63,411 nucleotides of DNA, from contig CALXCW010000001.1 of assembly GCA_944386905.1 (NCBI GenBank), positions 1 to 63,411 of the forward strand. Direction: 5' to 3'. The translations under genes were made by a program, and so were the position numbers. A model generated the notes under the pieces. The model was not told the origin of the DNA, did no database searches, and saw only the letters and a list, made by a program, of their open reading frames with translations. Position 1 is the stretch's first letter; each line of letters starts with the position of its first letter. The stretch comes from an uncultured Oscillospiraceae bacterium. GTDB taxonomy: Bacteria > Bacillota > Clostridia > Oscillospirales > Oscillospiraceae. Below are positions 18,397 through 26,994 of the stretch, one piece after another.

Positions 18397-19755
18397 TCAG
18401 GAGACGGCGCGCTGCATTGCAGGCTGTACGTTGCCGTGGGCCAACTTCTTGCGATAAAAGACCACCGACACCGCTGTGGCCACCGTCCAGCCGATGGGCC
18501 AGGCGCACCAGATGCCGGTAGAGCCCAGCGCAGTGGCCGAGAGCACGAAGGCCAACACCACGCGCAGTACCAGGTCTGTAAAGGTGGCGATCATAAACTG
18601 CCCCATGAGACCGGCCCCGCGGAGAATGCCGTCGGTCACCAGCTTGGTGGAGACGATGAAGTAGAACGGAGACAGGATCTGCAAAAACCGAAGCCCCGTG
18701 GACAAGGCGCCGGCGGAGGGGTTTTCGATGAACAGGGGAATTAAATACCGGCCGCCTGCGAAGTAGAGCACCACCAGGGGCAGTGACAGGATCCACACCA
18801 TTTTGAGCCCCGCGGTGAAGCCCTGGCGCACTCGATCGTATTTTGCGGCGCCAATATTTTGGGCTGTGTAATTGGAGATGCCGTTGCCCACGGTGGTAAA
18901 GGAGGTAACGACCAGATTGTTGAGCTTCACCGAGGCGGAGTAGCCGGCCATCACCGCCGCGCCAAAGCCGTTGATGATGCCCTGAATGACGATGTTGCCC
19001 ACAGAGATAAAGCTCTGCTGCAAGATGCTGGGTATGGCAATCCGGGCAATGCGCTGCAGGATTCCCAGATCAAAGACCTTGCAGGGACCGTTGGTTTCGA
19101 TCTTTCGCAGCCGCCGCAGGACGTAGATCACCGCCAGCAGGCAGCTGACGCCCTGGCAGAGGAAGGTGGCCCATGCCACGCCGTCCACGCCCATGCCAAA
19201 AGCCGTTACAAAAAGAATATCAGCGGCGATATTGGATGTGGAGGAGGCAGCGAGGAACAGGAAGGGCGTCTTGGAGTCGCCCAGGGCAGAGAAGATACCG
19301 GTGCTCACATTGTAGAAGAAAACAAAGGGCAGGCCGTAGACATAGATGTCCAGGTAGAGCGCCGAGTCGGCGAAGAGCTCTTGCGGCGTCTGGATCAGAT
19401 GTAAAAGGGCTTCACATCCGAGGATTCCCGCGGCCATCAGCAGCAGGCACACAGCGCCGCTGGCTAGGAAGGCGGTGTAGACCGTGGTTTTGACGGCTGC
19501 GTAGTCCTTTGCGCCGAAGAACTGCGAGACAATGACCGAACAGCCGATGTTGCAGCCGAAGGCGAAGGCAATGAAGATCAGGGTGATTTCGTAGCTGTTG
19601 CCCACAGCGGCGAGGGCGTTTTCCCCGATGAATTTACCGGCCACGAAGCTGTCGGCAATGTTGTATAGCTGCTGAAAGATGATACTGCCGAACAGAGGCA
19701 GACAGAACAGCCAGAGCACTTTCGTGGGGCTGCCTTGGGTCAGATCCTTATTCAT
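18397..19755 (-). CDS. MATE family efflux transporter
   Basis: About 452 aa and 12 TM segments, with the N-terminal MATE signature (LWLFCLPLFGSIIFQQLYNIADSFVAGKFIG). The ATG at 19755 was chosen (RBS GGGAGA) rather than the TTG at 19761. Confidence 0.88.
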   Translation of the reverse strand: MNKDLTQGSPTKVLWLFCLPLFGSIIFQQLYNIADSFVAGKFIGENALAAVGNSYEITLIFIAFAFGCNIGCSVIVSQFFGAKDYAAVKTTVYTAFLASGAVCLLLMAAGILGCEALLHLIQTPQELFADSALYLDIYVYGLPFVFFYNVSTGIFSALGDSKTPFLFLAASSTSNIAADILFVTAFGMGVDGVAWATFLCQGVSCLLAVIYVLRRLRKIETNGPCKVFDLGILQRIARIAIPSILQQSFISVGNIVIQGIINGFGAAVMAGYSASVKLNNLVVTSFTTVGNGISNYTAQNIGAAKYDRVRQGFTAGLKMVWILSLPLVVLYFAGGRYLIPLFIENPSAGALSTGLRFLQILSPFYFIVSTKLVTDGILRGAGLMGQFMIATFTDLVLRVVLAFVLSATALGSTGIWCAWPIGWTVATAVSVVFYRKKLAHGNVQPAMQRAVS

Positions 19756-20026
19756 GGGCAATCTCCCGATTTTCGTAGATTTCGTAGAACGACACGGCTA
19801 CGGCGAACTGAGAAAGACCGTAGCCCACCAGACATGCGACGCAGCAGGGCAGGTCATGCCGGGGCGCCAGGGCAAAAATGCCCAGTAAAAACGCGGCGGT
19901 CAGGCTGAGGGACAAAACTCTGTCCAACAGGCCCGCGCTGCCGCGCTTTCGCCACAGCCCCAGAAGCGTCAGGAGTGCGGCAAGCACAAAAAAACAAAGG
20001 GTGATGGTCTCAAAGACATCGCTCAT
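19748..20026 (-). CDS. small hypothetical membrane protein (3 predicted TM segments)
   Basis: 92 aa from the ATG at 20026, preceded by GGAGG with a 9-nt spacer. It overlaps the MATE start by 8 nt. No family was recognised. Confidence 0.5.
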   Translation of the reverse strand: MSDVFETITLCFFVLAALLTLLGLWRKRGSAGLLDRVLSLSLTAAFLLGIFALAPRHDLPCCVACLVGYGLSQFAVAVSFYEIYENREIAHE

Positions 20027-20136
20027 GGTATGCATCCTCCATTGACATTTCAATCTTCGCGTATTATACTGCCAGACAGATACGCTGTAAAATATATAAC
20101 AGATATATTGTCTATCAATAAAAGGAATGGCATGCC

Positions 20137-21015
20137 ATGGAAATTACCTATGACTACTACCGTATTTTCTACTACGTGGCTCGCTATGGGAGCTTCTCCC
20201 GGGCGGCGGAAGTGCTGCTGCGGGGACAGCCCAATATCACCAAGGCCATGCACAATCTAGAGGCCCAGCTGGGCTGCAAGCTCTTTGTACGCTCAAACCG
20301 GGGGGTCACCCTGACGCCGGAAGGGGAGAAGCTCTATCGTCACGTGGAAATTGCCTTTGAAAATCTCCATAAGGCCCAAAATGAGCTGCTCTCTGAGCAA
20401 AATCTAGAGGGCGGTCTGGTTTCTATTGCCGCCACGGAGATCGGCCTGTATGGCCTGCTTTTGCCGGTGCTCTCGGCGTTCAGCCGGGACTATCCCAGCG
20501 TGAAAATCCGTCTGGCCAACCTCAATTCACCCCAGGCCATCGAGGCGGTGAAAAACGGTGTGGCGGACTTTGCCGTGGTGACCTTTCACGATCGACCGGA
20601 TCCCGCCTACCGCACGGAAGAGATTCGCGCTTTTCGGGAGGTACTCTGCTGCAAAACGGGCTATCTGGATGGATTCGACGGCGCGGTTTTTGCAAAGCCC
20701 TATATCTCCATCAACCGCGGCTCATATACCTATCAATTTCTCCAGGAATACCTGCGTTCCCAGGGAATCCACAAGGAGCCGGATATCGAGGTAGCCACCG
20801 CCGATCAGGTGTTGCCCTTGGTTAAGGCGGGGATGGGGATCGGATTTATCTCTGAGTTTTTGGCGGATGAGCCCATCCGCCATGGAGAGATTGAGGAGAT
20901 TCCTCTGACGCAGCCGCCCCGGAGCAGAAGTATCTGCCTGGTGGAAAACAAAAACCGCAGCATGGGCAGGGCGGCTCAAAAGCTGGTGGAATATCTCAAA
21001 ACCCGGGCAGAGTAG
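20137..21015 (+). CDS. LysR-family transcriptional regulator
   Basis: 292-aa ORF with an N-terminal wHTH (FYYVARYGSFSRAAEVLLRGQPNITKAMHNLEAQLGCKLFVRSNRGVTLT) and a LysR substrate-binding domain. Confidence 0.9.
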   Translation: MEITYDYYRIFYYVARYGSFSRAAEVLLRGQPNITKAMHNLEAQLGCKLFVRSNRGVTLTPEGEKLYRHVEIAFENLHKAQNELLSEQNLEGGLVSIAATEIGLYGLLLPVLSAFSRDYPSVKIRLANLNSPQAIEAVKNGVADFAVVTFHDRPDPAYRTEEIRAFREVLCCKTGYLDGFDGAVFAKPYISINRGSYTYQFLQEYLRSQGIHKEPDIEVATADQVLPLVKAGMGIGFISEFLADEPIRHGEIEEIPLTQPPRSRSICLVENKNRSMGRAAQKLVEYLKTRAE

Positions 21016-21019
21016 AACG

Positions 21020-21069
21020 ACCGGCGCCGCAGAAGCGAAATGTTTCTGCGGCGCCGGTGTATCTTTTTA
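21020..21069. terminator. bidirectional terminator between convergent LysR genes
   Basis: 15-bp stem ACCGGCGCCGCAGAA / TTCTGCGGCGCCGGT followed by GTATCTTTTT. Confidence 0.7.
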
Positions 21070-21957
21070 TCGGGGCAATGCCTGGACGAGATCGATCAAC
21101 CGCTGTACATCCTGCCGCCCGCCGGCGCGGTAGAGCAGACCATAGGGAATGCTGTAGTCCCAATCCACCGGAATGGTAACCAGACCTGGGTGGACATCCC
21201 GCCAGCATTCGATGGTGAGCAGGACGTTGCCTGTCTCGGCACAGCGGTTGAATACGGAGAGATCATAAAATTGCGCCGTATCCTCGATGTGGATTTCGGG
21301 GTGGTTGCGCTCCAGATCCGACCGAATAAAGTCATTGGTGCCGGAATCACCCCGGGGCACCATCATCAGTGTTCGGCCGTGAAGCGCTTCCACCGCGAGC
21401 TTGTCCCGCCCTGCCAGAGGGTGCTCCCGGGGAACGGCGACCATCTTGCGGTAGCGACCCAGGGGCAGAAAATCGGAGTGGGAGAGCCAGGTGCGGGAAT
21501 CGCACACGCCGATGAGAAAGTCAAACTTTTCTCCCAGTCGGCTGATTTCTGATAGAATGCCGGTGTGACTGTCGGTGAAGGGAACTAGGTGGAGCTTATA
21601 ATCGGGAAAGTCCCGGTTCATTTGATACCACAGGTCGATGAAAGGCTTTGCCGGGTTGAGCAGAGAAGTACCCACCCGGAAGGTGGCGTCATAGGTGCCG
21701 CTGGCAGCCCGGGCACTCTCGAGCGTTTTTTGGGAATAGTCCATCAGAAAGGCGGTGGCCCGGCGGATCACCTCTCCCGCCGGGGTGAGACGGACACCGG
21801 TTGGGGTGCGCGCAAAGAGCTTTAAGTTGAGCTGACGCTCCAGAGCGTTGATCTGCTTCATCACCGCGGTGGGGGAGATAAATAGACCCTCGGCGGCCCT
21901 GGTGAAGCTGCCGTGGTCGGCCACGGCCAGAAAGGTATCGAGTAGTGGATTGTACAT
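21067..21957 (-). CDS. LysR-family transcriptional regulator
   Basis: 296-aa ORF with the wHTH FLAVADHGSFTRAAEGLFISPTAVMKQINALERQLNLKLFARTPTGVRLT. It is divergent from the flavodoxin-cupin-CMD genes. Confidence 0.9.
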   Translation of the reverse strand: MYNPLLDTFLAVADHGSFTRAAEGLFISPTAVMKQINALERQLNLKLFARTPTGVRLTPAGEVIRRATAFLMDYSQKTLESARAASGTYDATFRVGTSLLNPAKPFIDLWYQMNRDFPDYKLHLVPFTDSHTGILSEISRLGEKFDFLIGVCDSRTWLSHSDFLPLGRYRKMVAVPREHPLAGRDKLAVEALHGRTLMMVPRGDSGTNDFIRSDLERNHPEIHIEDTAQFYDLSVFNRCAETGNVLLTIECWRDVHPGLVTIPVDWDYSIPYGLLYRAGGRQDVQRLIDLVQALPR

Positions 21958-22076
21958 GGCACTTCACTCCAGCCTAGCATCAATAAAAAGTTAATACTAT
22001 CATACCAAATGGGCGCTTCTCTGTCAACGAAACCGGTGATATACTAAAAACAAAAAAAGGAAATGGAGTGTCATAT

Positions 22077-22592
22077 ATGGGAAAAATCCTCGTCGCCTAC
22101 TACTCCAGGCCGGGAGAAAACTACGTAAACGGACAGATACGCCGCCTGGAGACGGGCAACACAGCCCGCGCTGCGAGTATCGTTGCAAAATTAACAGATG
22201 GGGATCTCTTTGAGATTGCTCAGACGCAGCCGTATGCTGATAGCTATGATCGCTGCACTGCCCAGGCCCAGGCCGATCAGCGCGGCAATGTCCGCCCGCC
22301 CTTGAAGAGCTGGCCGGTTTTGGAGGGCTACGGTGTGATCTATCTGGGCTATCCCAACTATTGGAACACCATGCCCATGGCGGTGTTCACCTTCTTGGAG
22401 GGGCTGGACTTTCGAGGCAAGACCATCCATCCCTTTTGCACCCATGAGGGCAGCGGCATGGGCAGCAGTGAACGGGATATCCGGCGTCTCGTGCCGGAGG
22501 CAATGGTGACACGGGGCCTGGCCATCCGCGGCTCCGATGCCGGCAATTGTAAGAAGGAGGTAGAACGATGGATCCAAGAGACGAAGGCGTGA
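22077..22592 (+). CDS. flavodoxin family protein
   Basis: 171 aa from the ATG at 22077. Motifs KILVAYYSRPGENY and PNYWNTMPMAV...HPFCTHEGSG are typical of long-chain flavodoxin-like proteins. Confidence 0.8.
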   Translation: MGKILVAYYSRPGENYVNGQIRRLETGNTARAASIVAKLTDGDLFEIAQTQPYADSYDRCTAQAQADQRGNVRPPLKSWPVLEGYGVIYLGYPNYWNTMPMAVFTFLEGLDFRGKTIHPFCTHEGSGMGSSERDIRRLVPEAMVTRGLAIRGSDAGNCKKEVERWIQETKA

Positions 22593-22597
22593 AAGAA

Positions 22598-23002
22598 ATG
22601 AGCGTATTCCCCACAGGCGGAGCCAACGAAGCCTACGCTCGGTATTTTACCGGAAAGAGCTATCTCCACATGCTCTCCCAGGAGCAGGTGGTGATCGGCA
22701 ACGTGACCTTTGAGCCGGGTTGTCGCAATGACTGGCATATCCACCATGCCGCGGCGGGCGGCGGCCAGATGCTGCTGATTACGGCCGGAGAGGGCTGGTA
22801 TCAGGCATGGGGCGAGCCTGCGAGAAGGCTGCGTCCCGGCGACGTGGTGCATATTCCGGCGGGCGTGAAGCACTGGCATGGCGCGACGGCCGGATCATGG
22901 ATGCAGCATTTGGCCATTGAGGTGCCCGGCGATGACTGCCGGACGGAGTGGTGCGAGCGCGTGTGCGATGAAGAATATGAGAAATTGGAGGGAACGAAAT
23001 GA
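22598..23002 (+). CDS. cupin domain protein
   Basis: 134 aa from the ATG at 22598. The cupin motifs are WHIHHAAAGGGQMLLITAGEG ... GDVVHIPAGVKHWHGA. Confidence 0.8.
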   Translation: MSVFPTGGANEAYARYFTGKSYLHMLSQEQVVIGNVTFEPGCRNDWHIHHAAAGGGQMLLITAGEGWYQAWGEPARRLRPGDVVHIPAGVKHWHGATAGSWMQHLAIEVPGDDCRTEWCERVCDEEYEKLEGTK

Positions 23003-23322
23003 GCAAGGTAACGGCAGGAAGAGACGAGTTGGGGGCTTTCGCACCCCAATTTGCCCACCTCAATGACGATGTGCTCTTCGGAGAGGTCTGGTCACGGGAG
23101 GCGCAGTTGTCGGCGCGGGACAGGAGCATTGTTACAGTGACGGCGCTGATGGCTGGCGGCATTTTGGATAGTTCCCTGCAATTCCACATTCAAAATGCCA
23201 AAAACCACGGCGTAACCCGGGAGGAGATGGCCGAAATCCTCACACACGCCGCCTTCTATGCCGGTTGGCCCAAGGCCTGGGCGGCGCTGCGCATGGCCAA
23301 GGCGGTCTATGAAGAGACATAG
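22999..23322 (+). CDS. carboxymuconolactone decarboxylase (AhpD-like) family protein
   Basis: 107-aa ORF overlapping the cupin stop by 4 nt. The CMD-type helices are LSARDRSIVTVTALMAGG ... HGVTREEMAEILTHAAFYAGWPKA. Confidence 0.78.
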   Translation: MSKVTAGRDELGAFAPQFAHLNDDVLFGEVWSREAQLSARDRSIVTVTALMAGGILDSSLQFHIQNAKNHGVTREEMAEILTHAAFYAGWPKAWAALRMAKAVYEET

Positions 23323-23330
23323 CCGTCAGA

Positions 23331-23359
23331 TTGCAAATCCTTTGCAGACATAGTATAAT
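23331..23359 (+). promoter_or_regulatory. sigma-70-type promoter (TTGCAA-17 nt-TATAAT)
   Basis: -35 at 23331-23336 and a consensus -10 at 23354-23359. It lies between the CMD stop and the hairpin at 23372. Confidence 0.55.
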
Positions 23360-23371
23360 AGAGTCAATCTG

Positions 23372-23406
23372 ACCGGCGCACGGGGAGATCTCCGGCGCCG
23401 GTTTTT
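23372..23406 (+). terminator. intrinsic terminator-like hairpin with a T-run
   Basis: ACCGGCGC / GCGCCGGT stem with the internal palindrome GGAGATCTCC, followed by TTTTT. It lies 50 nt after the CMD stop and 14 nt before the next ATG. Confidence 0.65.
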
Positions 23407-23419
23407 AGGAAGGTCTGCC

Positions 23420-24790
23420 ATGAAAGCGAAACCAAAGCCCAGCCTTCGCCCGCCGGCCGGTCGGACGATGACCGCCGTGTATCTGGCCGCCATGGCGGGG
23501 CTTTATCTGCTCTATCCGGGCCGAGGCGGCTACGGCGATATCGTCAACGAAAAACTGACCCTCTATTGGTGCCTCACCGGCGGTTATCTTCTGGCGCTGT
23601 GCCTCTGGGCCGGGTGGGCACTGCACCGTGGGGCGCGGCTCTCGCTGCGGCGGTATCTGCGCACATGCACCTGGCCGGAGCGGTTTTGCCTGGTCTACCT
23701 GGTGCTCACCTGGGTGTCGGCCCTGGCGTCCCCCTGGTTTCCCGAGACGATCTTGGGCGTCAGCCGGTGGGAGGGGGCACTCAATCTCACGCTCTATGCT
23801 GTGAGCTTCCTGCTGGTGGCGCGTCTGGGGGCGGCGCGGCCCTGGCTGCTGTGGATCTGGAGCGGCGCGGTGGCGCTGTGTGCGACGCTGGCCCTGATAC
23901 AGCTCACCGGCGCCAATCCCCTGGGGCTCTACCCGGCAGGGATGAACTACTACGACAAGGGCGTCAAATACAGCGGCGCTTACCTGGGCACCATCGGCAA
24001 TGTGGATCTGCTGGCGGGGGTACTCTCCCTGGCGGCGGCCCTTTTCTGGGTGACGCTGCTGCGCGGGCGCAGTCGGCAGAGGCTGTGGCTGCTTCCGGTG
24101 CTGGCGATGACCCTTGCGGTGCTGGGAGCGATGGGGGTGATGGCGGCGCTGGTGGCCGTGGCAGGCGGGGCGCTTGTGTCTCTCCCGGTGGCGCTGCCTG
24201 TGGAAAAATCGCGGCGCAAATGGTTTGCGCTGTCTGTGGCCGTGGTGCTCTTGGCCGTTCTGGCGGCAGTATATATCTGGGATGGAGGCGCTGGTGTATG
24301 GCACGAAGCCCACTTGCTTCTCCATGGACAGGCCGAGGACAGCTTCGGCTCAGGCCGCATTTACATCTGGCGAAGGGTCTTGGAGTTGACGCCTCAGCGG
24401 CTCTGGCTGGGAGCAGGGCCGGATACCATGGCCTATGCCGAAATTGCGCCTTTCACCCGCTATGATGCCGACCTGGGCGTAAAGATCATTTCGCACATCG
24501 ACGCGGCCCACAACGAGTATCTCAACGTGCTTTACCATCAGGGCGCTCCGGCTCTGGCGGCCTATCTTTTGATGCTGGTCATGGCGGCATGGCAGTGGCT
24601 GCGGTGCGCCGGAGGCGACGGCGTGGCCGCCGCCCTGGGGGCGGCGGTGCTGGCCTATTCCATCCAGGCTTTTTTCGGAATCTCCATGGTGTTGGTTGCC
24701 CCTTTCTTCTGGCTGACTTTGGGGCTGCTGGTGGCTCGGTGCCGGGCGGAGACTGCGGTCAACGCCTGCATTTTACAAAAGGAGGCGTAG
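23420..24790 (+). CDS. O-antigen ligase / Wzy_C family polytopic membrane protein
   Basis: 456 aa and more than 10 TM segments. A large loop carries the HNEYLNVLYHQG motif characteristic of O-antigen ligase-like (Wzy_C) proteins. Confidence 0.75.
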   Translation: MKAKPKPSLRPPAGRTMTAVYLAAMAGLYLLYPGRGGYGDIVNEKLTLYWCLTGGYLLALCLWAGWALHRGARLSLRRYLRTCTWPERFCLVYLVLTWVSALASPWFPETILGVSRWEGALNLTLYAVSFLLVARLGAARPWLLWIWSGAVALCATLALIQLTGANPLGLYPAGMNYYDKGVKYSGAYLGTIGNVDLLAGVLSLAAALFWVTLLRGRSRQRLWLLPVLAMTLAVLGAMGVMAALVAVAGGALVSLPVALPVEKSRRKWFALSVAVVLLAVLAAVYIWDGGAGVWHEAHLLLHGQAEDSFGSGRIYIWRRVLELTPQRLWLGAGPDTMAYAEIAPFTRYDADLGVKIISHIDAAHNEYLNVLYHQGAPALAAYLLMLVMAAWQWLRCAGGDGVAAALGAAVLAYSIQAFFGISMVLVAPFFWLTLGLLVARCRAETAVNACILQKEA

Positions 24791-24792
24791 CG

Positions 24793-25947
24793 ATGACAGC
24801 TTCAACCTTGCACTTGCCCACAGATTTTGAAACCTATAGCGAGGCACGACGGGCTGGCTTTCTGCGTATGAAAGCGCTCAAAGAGGCGGGCGCCCGGGTG
24901 GTGGGCATCTTTTGCACCTTTGTACCCACAGAGCTTATCTACGCCGCCGGGGCGCTGCCGGTGGGGCTGTGCGCCTACAGCGAGGAGCCCATCGCGGCGG
25001 CGGAGGCGGATCTGCCCCGGAATCTCTGCCCCCTCATCAAGGCCAGCTACGGCTTTGCCCGCTCGGATACATGCCCTTACTTTTATTTCTCGGACTTTGT
25101 AGTGGGGGAGACCACCTGCGACGGCAAGAAAAAGATGTTTGAATTGCTGGGGCGGTATAAGGAAACCTATGTGATGCAGCTGCCCCACCGCCGAGACGAC
25201 GCGGCGCTGGCTTTTTGGCGGGAGCAAATTCTGGCCTTTCAGCGTAAGCTGGAGGATTTTTACGGCATCTCCATCTCAGAGGCGGAAATTCGCACGGCCA
25301 TCCGCCGGAAAAACCGCGAGCGCCGAGCGCTCAAGGCTTTTCTGGAGTTGGGCAAGCTCAATCCGGCACCGATGAGCGGCTATGAGATGGGCACACGGTT
25401 GGACGCGGGCAGTTTTTCCTTCGATCTGGAGGGCCGCTGCCGGGAGATTGAGACACGGACGGCCCAGGTGCGGGCAGCCTGGGAGTGCGGCAAGACCTCC
25501 CGCCGCAGACCGCGGCTGCTGGTCACAGGCTGTCCCAACGCCGGGGTGCGGGAGAAGATCCTGCGTACGGTGGAGGAGCTGGGAGCCGACGTGGTGGCCT
25601 TTGACACCTGCAACGGCATTCGGGAAAAGCTTCTGCCGGTGGATGAAGAGAACCCGGACGTCTACGACGCCCTGGCGCGCAAGTATCTCGACATTCACTG
25701 CTCGGTGATGAGTCCCAACGACGGTCGCCTGGCTGACCTGGGGCAGATGCTGGAGGAGTACGCCGTGGATGGCGTCTTGGAAATCGTCCTCCAATCCTGC
25801 CACACCTATGCCGTGGAATCCTTCTGGATCCGGCAGTTTGTGGAGGCGCGGGGCCGCTCGTATCTCAACTTGGAGACGGACTATTCCCAAGCAGATACCG
25901 GCCAACTCACCACCCGTCTGGCTGCTTTTTTGGAGACGATGGAATGA
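24793..25947 (+). CDS. 2-hydroxyacyl-CoA dehydratase / BcrB-BcrC superfamily protein, single-subunit double-cubane-cluster (YjiM-like) type
   Basis: 384 aa from the ATG at 24793, 2 nt after the preceding stop. It is Cys-rich (IFCTF, GLCAY, NLCPL, DTCPY, TTCDG, GCPNAG, DTCNG, QSCHTY) with HgdA/B-like organisation, and it is followed by an activase gene. Confidence 0.75.
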   Translation: MTASTLHLPTDFETYSEARRAGFLRMKALKEAGARVVGIFCTFVPTELIYAAGALPVGLCAYSEEPIAAAEADLPRNLCPLIKASYGFARSDTCPYFYFSDFVVGETTCDGKKKMFELLGRYKETYVMQLPHRRDDAALAFWREQILAFQRKLEDFYGISISEAEIRTAIRRKNRERRALKAFLELGKLNPAPMSGYEMGTRLDAGSFSFDLEGRCREIETRTAQVRAAWECGKTSRRRPRLLVTGCPNAGVREKILRTVEELGADVVAFDTCNGIREKLLPVDEENPDVYDALARKYLDIHCSVMSPNDGRLADLGQMLEEYAVDGVLEIVLQSCHTYAVESFWIRQFVEARGRSYLNLETDYSQADTGQLTTRLAAFLETME

Positions 25948-26738
25948 TGGACGAATATATCGGGATCGATTTGGGCTCCACCGCCGCCAAGGTGGTGGTA
26001 CTCCGGGGAAAGGAGCTGGTGGAGCGGTTTGTACTGCCCACCGGCTGGAGCAGCCGCAGGACGGCGGAGGAGATTGCCTGCCGCCTGGCGCAGAGCGGCC
26101 ATTCCCTGGGGCCCGGGCGGAAGGTAGTGGCCACGGGATACGGTCGACAGAGCGTGGACTTTGCCGATCGCTCCGTCACGGAGATTACCTGCCACGGCCG
26201 GGGCGGCCGCTACCTGATGGGCCGCGACTGCACCGTGGTGGATATCGGCGGCCAGGACACCAAGGTCATCACCGTGGAGCGGGGGACGGCCAGCAGCTTT
26301 CTCATGAACGACAAGTGTTCTGCCGGTACGGGAAAATTTCTTGAGATTATGGCCAATCGCCTGGCGGTGGATCTGCCGGAGCTCTTCACTCTGGCCGCAG
26401 CAGGGAAGCCCCTGGCCATCAGCTCGGTTTGCACGGTATTTGCCGAGAGCGAGGTGGTGGGTCACATCGGCGCCGGGGCCCGACGGGAGGACATTGCCGC
26501 CGGCGTGGTGGAGTCGGTGGTGCAGAAGGTGGCAGGGCTGTGCACCCGCCACGGCCTGGGACAGACGGTGGCGCTGACCGGTGGACTGTGCGACAGCAGC
26601 TATCTGGTGGAGCGCCTCTCTCAAAAGCTGGGTCGCCCGGTATGTGCCCATCCCCTGGGCCGTTATGCCGGCGCCCTGGGGGCGGCGCTCATCGCCCGGG
26701 AGAAACTTGCAACTTCGGAGGGAAAGCGCGATGCGTGA
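25944..26738 (+). CDS. acyl-CoA dehydratase activase (BcrAD/BadFG/HgdC-type ATPase)
   Basis: 264-aa ORF. It has the ASKHA-fold phosphate-1 motif IGIDLGSTAAKVV, then DIGGQDTKVI, and the cluster-bridging region SSVCTVFAESEVVG. ATGA overlap with the upstream gene. Confidence 0.88.
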   Translation: MMDEYIGIDLGSTAAKVVVLRGKELVERFVLPTGWSSRRTAEEIACRLAQSGHSLGPGRKVVATGYGRQSVDFADRSVTEITCHGRGGRYLMGRDCTVVDIGGQDTKVITVERGTASSFLMNDKCSAGTGKFLEIMANRLAVDLPELFTLAAAGKPLAISSVCTVFAESEVVGHIGAGARREDIAAGVVESVVQKVAGLCTRHGLGQTVALTGGLCDSSYLVERLSQKLGRPVCAHPLGRYAGALGAALIAREKLATSEGKRDA

Positions 26739-26994
26739 GAAGAAAACCTTTTGGCTCGTGACCTTTTTTACCACCACCGATGCCATGGCCATGGAGCAGC
26801 TGTGTGCCCGGTCGAATCTCCCCGGTCGGCTGATCCCCGTGCCCCGGGAGATTCATGCCGGCTGTGGCCTGGCCTGGCGGGCTCCCCTGGAGGCGGAGGA
26901 GACGCTGCGCGCGGCCATGGCCCAGGCGGGCCTCCGCTGGGAGGCGACGCACACTCTGCCGCTGTGGGTCTGGGAGAAGGAGGCACAGCCGTGA
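26731..26994 (+). CDS. DUF3343 family protein (putative S/Se carrier-like)
   Basis: 87 aa from the ATG at 26731, with an 8-nt overlap with the activase. It is a small alpha/beta protein with FFTTTDAMAME...GRLIPVPREIHAGCGLAW, the conserved single-Cys CG motif of DUF3343. Confidence 0.65.
   Translation: MREKKTFWLVTFFTTTDAMAMEQLCARSNLPGRLIPVPREIHAGCGLAWRAPLEAEETLRAAMAQAGLRWEATHTLPLWVWEKEAQP

Noticed and set aside
24589-24792. N-terminal extensions in the ORF track
   Set aside because: The affected starts are 24589, 26751, 26581, 15774, 36821, 53922, 53033, 53880, 59860, 61303, 61212, 5835, 31706, 32304, 34265 and 38795. The extensions overlap upstream genes or regulatory RNAs and lack an RBS. 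An internal ATG or GTG with a good Shine-Dalgarno sequence coincides with the conserved family N-terminus, so the starts were trimmed.
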